From: Ignisphaera sp.
Lineage (GTDB): Archaea > Thermoproteota > Thermoprotei_A > Sulfolobales > Ignisphaeraceae
Direction: 5' to 3'
Length of the DNA stretch: 64,000 bases
Assembly (NCBI GenBank): GCA_038831005.1
Contig: JAWBKZ010000005.1
Span: 152,146 to 216,145 of the forward strand
Made by a program: the position numbers and the translations under genes. Of the stretch, positions 57,988-64,000 are shown piece by piece (position 1 is the first letter of the stretch; every line of letters begins with the position of its first letter). Under the pieces are notes generated by a model. It ran no database searches and was not told the origin of the DNA. It was given only the letters and a program-made list of their open reading frames with translations.

Positions 57988-59229
57988 GTGATGGCTTTGA
58001 AGCGTATGGCTATGGATAAGCCTATAGTTGAGATTGATGGAGATGAAATGGCAAGAGTTATGTGGCACTGGGTTAAGGAGAAACTTGTAGAGCCTTACAT
58101 CGATCTTAAGGTCGAGTACTATGATCTTCATATAAATGTTAGAGATGAAACAAACGATCAGATAACCATTAGAGCTGCTGAAGCTGTTAAACGATTAGGT
58201 GTAGGTGTTAAGTGCGCCACAATAACTCCTAATGCTGAAAGAGTTAAGGAGTATAACTTGAAGAAGGAGTGGCGAAGTCCCAATGCAACTATTAGAGAAG
58301 CTCTTGATGGAACTATATTTAGAGCTCCAATAATAGTCAAAAATATCGTTCCTGCTGTTAGATTCTGGAAAAAACCTATAGTTGTTGCTAGACATGCTTT
58401 TGGAGATATATACGCAGGAACAGGCATAAAGTTCAACGAACCTGGAGAAGTTGAAATAATCTATAGATCACTACAAGGTGAAGAAATCAGAATTAACATC
58501 GGCAACTTTCCTGGAAGCGGAGTTATTCAAGCGTATTACAATCTAGATAAATCGATAGAAAACTTCGCTCGATCGGTCTTTAGATACGCTATCATGGTCC
58601 ATATGGATGTATGGTTTGCATCTAAAGACACCATCTCCAAGATCTATGATGCTAGATTCAAGGAGATATTTGCAAAAGTTTTTGAAGAAGAATTTGCAAA
58701 CCAGTTTAGTGAAAAACGACTAAACTATTATTACTATTTGATAGATGATGCTTATGCTAGAGCTATAAGATCTGAAGGAGGATTCATTTGGGCTACGAAG
58801 AACTATGACGGTGATGTTCTATCAGATATGGTTGCTTCAGCCTTTTCAGGAAGCCTTGCCATGATGACCTCTGAACTTATGTCACCAGAGGGACACTATC
58901 TTACTGAAGCTGCTCATGGAACTGTTCAAAAACATTATTATAGGTATCTCAAAGGAGAAAAAACCTCTACAAACCCAACAGCAATAATATTTGCATGGGC
59001 AAAAGCTTTAAAGAGAAGAGCAGAACTAGACAAACTAGAAGATATAGAGAAATTTGCCGAAATACTCATGAATGCAACAATCAAAACTATAGAGGATGGT
59101 ATAGTGACACAAGATCTAGCTAAAGTAATTGAATGTAGTAGTATCTCTATTGTTGATACTGAATCTTTTATACAGATGGTTAAAAACAACTTAGAGAAAC
59201 TTCTAGCTAAAGCCAATCTACTCAAGTGA
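57988..59229 (+). CDS. icd: NADP-dependent isocitrate dehydrogenase, subfamily II (eukaryote/Thermotoga type)
   Basis: Collinear with my recollection of human IDH1: IDGDEMARVMW, GVKCATITPNAERVKEYNLKKEWRSPNATIR, ARHAFGDIY, NYDGDVLSD, EAAHGTVQKHY, STNPTAIIFAW. Confidence 0.92.
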   Translation: MMALKRMAMDKPIVEIDGDEMARVMWHWVKEKLVEPYIDLKVEYYDLHINVRDETNDQITIRAAEAVKRLGVGVKCATITPNAERVKEYNLKKEWRSPNATIREALDGTIFRAPIIVKNIVPAVRFWKKPIVVARHAFGDIYAGTGIKFNEPGEVEIIYRSLQGEEIRINIGNFPGSGVIQAYYNLDKSIENFARSVFRYAIMVHMDVWFASKDTISKIYDARFKEIFAKVFEEEFANQFSEKRLNYYYYLIDDAYARAIRSEGGFIWATKNYDGDVLSDMVASAFSGSLAMMTSELMSPEGHYLTEAAHGTVQKHYYRYLKGEKTSTNPTAIIFAWAKALKRRAELDKLEDIEKFAEILMNATIKTIEDGIVTQDLAKVIECSSISIVDTESFIQMVKNNLEKLLAKANLLK

Positions 59230-59306
59230 TCCCTCTAACCATTAACTAAGGAAACCCATATTTCATTAAATAGAATCTTTTATTTTGCGAATCGATTTAA
59301 CCACAT

Positions 59307-60653
59307 TTGGTGACAAAAATGAATATAGTCGTTATAGGTGGTGGAGCTGCGGGAGCTTCTGCTGCTGTTAGAGCTAAAAGATTAAATCCGAATACAAATG
59401 TAATTCTTATTGAAGCTACAGACATGGTTACGCATGGACCCTGTGCTATTCCCTACTACGTTGAAGGCCTCGTTAAGGATAGATCTAGTTTGATTACATA
59501 TACGCCACAGTATCTTGAAGAGAAGAGAGGGGTCAAGGTCTACATAAATACAAAGGCTATAGGCATAGATATCGATAAAAAGGTTGTGCGTGTTGAAAGA
59601 AAGGGTGATGTTGAAGGCATAAAGTGGGATAAGCTTATTGTAGCTACCGGTGCGACTCCTATAACAATACCTGGTTCTAACCTTAAGAATGTTGTGACCA
59701 TGAGACATCCGGCTTATGCTGATCATGTAAAAAACGTGATTATAAATGCTGACAAGATCGCGATTATTGGTGGAAGCTACCTAGGTATAGAGATGGCTGA
59801 GGCCGCCTTATTCTTGGGTAAGAAGGTTCTTATGTTCGAGAAAGAGCATCAGATTCTAGCAGGTGCCCTGGATAGCGATCTAGCTAAAGTTGTGGAAGAA
59901 GAGCTTGTTTCTAGTGGTATAGGGCTATATCTATCTGAACCTGTTTTAGAGTTATCTGGTAATGATAGAGTTGAAAAGGTTGTTACAGAACATGGCAGTT
60001 ACGATGTTGATGCTGTTGTACTAGCTATAGGTATAAAGCCTCAGACCGAAATAGCTAAAGATATAGGCATTAGACTTGGCGTAAAGGGTTCAATATCTGT
60101 GAATGAGTATATGGAGACCTCTATTGAAGACATATATGCGGCTGGTGATGTAGCTGAAAAGTATCATAGAGTTCTTAAGAAAAAGGTGTGGATACCTCTA
60201 GCTCCTACAGCAAATAAGGAAGGGCAGGTAGCTGGAGCCAATGCTGCACTTGGAAGAACTCTTGCCTTTAGAGGCGTTGTTGGGACAGCTGTAACGAAAT
60301 TCTTTGACCTATACATAGGTAGAACAGGTATTACAGAAAAAGAAGCCAAAGAAAATGGTATAGACTTTAGAGCTAAAACAATTAGTGTTAGAACAAAGGC
60401 TCATTATTACCCAGGAAGTGTAGAAATAAAGATGAAGATGATTGTAGACAGAAATAACACTATCATAGGTGTACAAGTAGTAGGTAAGGATATATCTGTA
60501 GCCCACTACATAGATGTGGCTGCTCTAGCTATTGAGAGGAATACTGTAATTGATGATCTGTTCTTCTCGGACTTAGGGTACATGCCTGCCACAGCACCAG
60601 TGTGGCACCCACTTATAGTTGCAGCTCGAGTTTTATCTGATAGTAGATTCTAA
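59307..60653 (+). CDS. NADH oxidase / CoA-disulfide reductase family flavoprotein
   Basis: FAD motif VVIGGGAAGASAA, the single redox Cys region THGPCAIPYY and a second Rossmann fold (IAIIGGSYLGIEMAE). The probable start is the ATG at 59319. Confidence 0.8.
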   Translation: MVTKMNIVVIGGGAAGASAAVRAKRLNPNTNVILIEATDMVTHGPCAIPYYVEGLVKDRSSLITYTPQYLEEKRGVKVYINTKAIGIDIDKKVVRVERKGDVEGIKWDKLIVATGATPITIPGSNLKNVVTMRHPAYADHVKNVIINADKIAIIGGSYLGIEMAEAALFLGKKVLMFEKEHQILAGALDSDLAKVVEEELVSSGIGLYLSEPVLELSGNDRVEKVVTEHGSYDVDAVVLAIGIKPQTEIAKDIGIRLGVKGSISVNEYMETSIEDIYAAGDVAEKYHRVLKKKVWIPLAPTANKEGQVAGANAALGRTLAFRGVVGTAVTKFFDLYIGRTGITEKEAKENGIDFRAKTISVRTKAHYYPGSVEIKMKMIVDRNNTIIGVQVVGKDISVAHYIDVAALAIERNTVIDDLFFSDLGYMPATAPVWHPLIVAARVLSDSRF

Positions 60654-61704
60654 TTACATGATTCTCGTGAATCTTTTAATAACTTAATGAACGTTTAAGG
60701 TAATTTGTCCACCTAGCATCTAGATTATATCATTATTTATACACTAACGTAAAGTGACGCAAATAGATCATGGGAAAGCATTAAAGAGAGTGATTACACC
60801 TGTAAATAATTTAGTAAGGTTAGAAAACGCTTCAAAGTCGATATGATTAGAGCGTTAAGTTATTGCAAAAAATTCGTTTATTGTATGAGAAGCTGAAATA
60901 TGATAGCTCTAAGGCTATGTCAAGAAAATTGTTATGGATATTATTGGAAGGAATACCATAGGTTATTATAGAGATACGCAAGATTTTTTAGAAAAATTCT
61001 CTAAAAATTCTCTGGAATTTAATGTGTGTATAGCAAAAAATCTTTAAGGAACATAGCCAAGTGTACAACATTTGATCTAATTGAATATACTGTTTCTCTT
61101 TGGCTGGTTTTGAACAGCAGATTGATAAACGATGCAAAAATATTGGAGATCTTGATTAATAACATAGTAGAGAAACCTATTAAAGGGCATGTGGATAGAG
61201 AGGAACTAGAATTTGATGTATTAATGATACCAAGAGAGTGGCCGATAATTCTCTCTACATAATTTAAGTTTATTAGAGGGTTTTATTCGACACTAATATA
61301 TCTCTTACCTCTTTGCAATCAATACTTATTCTTTATAAACATCACAAAGTCTGTACACGAGAAAATATTATTGGAACTCCTTAAAGCTTTGTCGAGAAAA
61401 GTTTTACCTACTGTATAAACGCAACAGTGATGGTGGGGACCTAGATCATATAAAGAGATTATACCAAAAACTAGCTAAAGTGTCTAGCAAGCAGAAACTG
61501 ATGTGCAGTTGTGTGCATATAGGGATTGGTATTGTATTCGATAATGTTGAAGATGTAGTGCATATAAACCCACTACATGATAATGTGGTACCTTCTTAGA
61601 CATGCTATCGGCCTTTATCTTAATAGAACTTAGATACCTCAATAAAGTGTACGTAGAGAAAATAACGTTAAGGCTTTACGCTAAATTTGTGCTATAGATT
61701 AAAA

Positions 61705-62592
61705 TCAGGAAGGCAGAAATATAGAAAATATTGCTATAGTGATTGTGATCGATATAGGAGTCAATACTACTGTTAGAATAGATACTATTTCGGATTTTAG
61801 GTTATACACTTTAGCTAGAATTATGTTTGAGACTGCTGGAGGCATAACACTTTGAAGCATAAGCCCCCTATAGTAGTTGAAGTTATTGATCAAACCATTC
61901 TGAAGTATTAGAAGGATTAACACAATTGGTGAAACCATATACCTCATTATGACACCAAGAAGTACAAACTTGATGCTTGATTTCATAGTATCGATGACGA
62001 TCTTCGAAAATTCGTATCCTATAATCACGAATGAAGACAATATTATGATGTCTATAGATCTGAAAATCATTTGCGGTACTGCTATATATATGTTAAGGAA
62101 TTTCAAGAATAGAGATACCGCTAGAGAAAATAAGAATGGTACAGACTTAACCAAATTAATTTTGCTACTGTTGTTAGTACTATAGAATATACTCAGTATG
62201 AGTATCAATAAAGGTAGAACTATATTAAATGCTATCGTGTATGGTACTACATATCTAGAATCACCGATAAGAACTACCGATAATGGTATAGCCAAGTACC
62301 CTACGTTAGGCATAGACAATGAAATCATGATTGCTGATAACTCTTTACTATTCTTTATACCAATTGCGTATGAAGTTATGTAGGATATTATGAACATTAA
62401 TGATATGTGTGTACCTGAGGTAACAATAGCTGATGAAATGTTCTCTAAATCATTACTACCATATATAGCTTTAAATATAATTGCCGGTATAACTACATAA
62501 AATAGCAATTTGTTAACTAGATCCATACACACATCAATGATCTTTGAACGTATTTTGCCAAACATGTATCCTAGTACAGTAAGAACAAACAT
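61705..62592 (-). CDS. AEC (auxin efflux carrier) family transporter
   Basis: 295 aa with about 10 TM helices in a two-fold repeat architecture. The assignment rests on overall pattern only. Confidence 0.6.
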   Translation of the reverse strand: MFVLTVLGYMFGKIRSKIIDVCMDLVNKLLFYVVIPAIIFKAIYGSNDLENISSAIVTSGTHISLMFIISYITSYAIGIKNSKELSAIMISLSMPNVGYLAIPLSVVLIGDSRYVVPYTIAFNIVLPLLILILSIFYSTNNSSKINLVKSVPFLFSLAVSLFLKFLNIYIAVPQMIFRSIDIIILSSFVIIGYEFSKIVIDTMKSSIKFVLLGVIMRYMVSPIVLILLILQNGLINNFNYYRGLMLQSVMPPAVSNIILAKVYNLKSEIVSILTVVLTPISITITIAIFSIFLPS

Positions 62593-62768
62593 TACAACTA
62601 TACTTTCAAGCGTATTTATTTCAGCTCCCTCTTTCTAGTTTACTACATCGAGGATATGGATAACGCATTACTCCTTTACGCATTATGTATACATATTATA
62701 CATATTATCTGTGGTATATGTGTATACCATAACCGTACACTATTGTTAATGCCATATATCTAATGGGC

Positions 62769-63983
62769 CTATTTAAGTTCTTCTATGAATTCCTTAATTC
62801 TCTCTACACCCTTATCTATCTTATCTATATCTAAAGCGAAGCTAAGTCTTATAAACGATGCCCCAGCTTTATCTGGAAAACCCGTTCCAGGCAGTACAAC
62901 TACATGTTTTTCATAGAGGAGTCTTTCAACAAAAAGTTCTACATCCATACCTATTTCATTAAGCAGATTACCTATGTATGGAAATAGGTAGAGCGTTGCA
63001 CTACTTGGCCACACATCTATCCCCTTTGTATTCTTCAGTTTTGAAACAATGAAATCTCTTCGCTTCTTATAAAGATCGATCATATGTTTGACAAAATTCC
63101 AGCACTCTTCGCTCCTTAGAGCCACGATACCTGCTTTTTGGACAAAAGATGTTGAACAAGACCATATGTTTACAGCTATATTAGCTAACTTACTAGCTAC
63201 ATCTTCCCTAACAACAAGGTATCCAAGTCTCCAACCAGTCATAGAGAATGTTTTTGAGAAACCATTCACATAAGCTACGACATCTCTCCAGTTATTAAAG
63301 GTTAGAGTGGACTTAAAGTTGGGATTACTATCTAGTAGAAGTTCGTTGTAGATTTCATCAGCAAGAACAACAATATTATTCTTTTCAGCTATCTCCAAGA
63401 TTTCATCAACGTATTTCGACGGTATGATTGCTCCTGTAGGATTATGTGGATTATTTAAAACTATGAGTTTTGTTTTTTTGGTAATGCTTTGCTTAAGTAA
63501 ATCTAGATCTAGCTCAAATCCTTTTTCCGTACCTTTCCATGTAAGTGGTACATATTTAGGAATAGCGTTACAAAACAGCGTAAGTTCCGTATATGGTGGA
63601 TAAGAAGGCTCTATTATGATGACTTCATCACCTGGCTCTACATAACCAGCATAAACAAGATATATCGCTGGAAGTGCTCCTGGTGTTACAATTATTTCTG
63701 AAGGTTTTACCTCAGTACTATATCTCTTGTTTAGGTATTCAGCTATGGCTTCTCTAAGTTCTGCTATACCTACAGCTTCTGTATACTTTGTGAATCCTTC
63801 GTCTAAAGCTTTCTTAGCTTCATTAATAATAGGTTTAGGTGTATCTAGATCTGGTTGACCTATACCAAAGTTTATAACATCGTATCCCTGTTTAACGAGC
63901 TGCTTAGCTATAGCTAGGTATGAGAAACTTTTTCTACCCTTTACACGAGCTACAGAGGGTTTAATTCTATCGATAGACTTCAT
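62769..63983 (-). CDS. class I/II pyridoxal-phosphate aminotransferase (aspartate aminotransferase-like)
   Basis: NPHNPTG, DEIYNEL, SKTFSMTGWRLGY (PLP lysine) and RLSFA motifs; 404 aa. Confidence 0.9.
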   Translation of the reverse strand: MKSIDRIKPSVARVKGRKSFSYLAIAKQLVKQGYDVINFGIGQPDLDTPKPIINEAKKALDEGFTKYTEAVGIAELREAIAEYLNKRYSTEVKPSEIIVTPGALPAIYLVYAGYVEPGDEVIIIEPSYPPYTELTLFCNAIPKYVPLTWKGTEKGFELDLDLLKQSITKKTKLIVLNNPHNPTGAIIPSKYVDEILEIAEKNNIVVLADEIYNELLLDSNPNFKSTLTFNNWRDVVAYVNGFSKTFSMTGWRLGYLVVREDVASKLANIAVNIWSCSTSFVQKAGIVALRSEECWNFVKHMIDLYKKRRDFIVSKLKNTKGIDVWPSSATLYLFPYIGNLLNEIGMDVELFVERLLYEKHVVVLPGTGFPDKAGASFIRLSFALDIDKIDKGVERIKEFIEELK

Positions 63984-64000
63984 ATGCTTAACCGTTTATC

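Noticed and set aside
61026-61262. 78-aa GTG-initiated ORF in the 60.6-61.7 kb gap as a real gene
   Set aside because: It has no recognisable domain, a non-ATG start and no SD or TATA at a suitable distance. I kept it only as part of the gene-poor-region observation.
1-64000. Search for CRISPR arrays, tRNA/rRNA genes, transposases and integrases
   Set aside because: I saw no regularly spaced 24-40 nt repeats, no GC-rich tRNA-like or rRNA-like blocks (for example GGTTCGAATCC-type T-arms), and no ORF with DDE, tyrosine-recombinase or serine-recombinase motifs. This is visual inspection only; tRNAscan, Infernal or a CRISPR finder would be decisive.

Overview
The window is a visibly AT-rich archaeal chromosomal segment, probably from a crenarchaeote of the Desulfurococcales or Sulfolobales type. 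Archaeal markers include aIF-2 beta, archaeal-type PEP carboxylase, an SsMTAP-like hexameric nucleoside phosphorylase, DUF131 membrane proteins, a GHMP kinase resembling archaeal pantoate kinase, and C/D box sRNAs. About 55 protein genes are tightly packed and often overlap by 4-40 nt. Most are housekeeping or metabolic: SufBC Fe-S assembly; a polar amino-acid ABC transporter; an ECF-type transporter; glycoside hydrolases GH31 and GH36 plus a GH12 relic; a surface subtilase; Sua5; ThrC; a LeuA/LeuCD/LeuB-like operon; a SerA/aminotransferase/DUF89 operon; TrpRS; NADP-IDH; and an NADH oxidase/CoADR. By eye I found no rRNA, tRNA, CRISPR array, transposase or integrase. Beyond the ORF track, four things stand out. 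(1) Two canonical C/D box sRNAs with exact 12-nt guides lie at 14672-14723 and 19326-19375; the second sits inside the ECF operon across a stop codon and an annotated start codon. (2) Three decayed genes are present: a radical SAM enzyme with one frameshift plus an in-frame TAG, a frameshifted lumazine-synthase-like gene, and a GH12 fragment. (3) Several exact direct or inverted repeats lie in promoter or terminator positions. (4) The best candidates for under-described biology are a contiguous vWA-FHA-Ser/Thr kinase (ArnB/ArnA-like) phospho-signalling module followed by an orphan gene and a MobB-4Fe4S fusion, an ECF transporter coupled to a pantoate-kinase-like gene, a SerA/aminotransferase/DUF89 operon that may supply a missing phosphoserine phosphatase, and an atypical LeuA-family synthase with a DGQQ motif. 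No claim here was checked against a database; all family assignments come from motif recognition in the translated ORFs.
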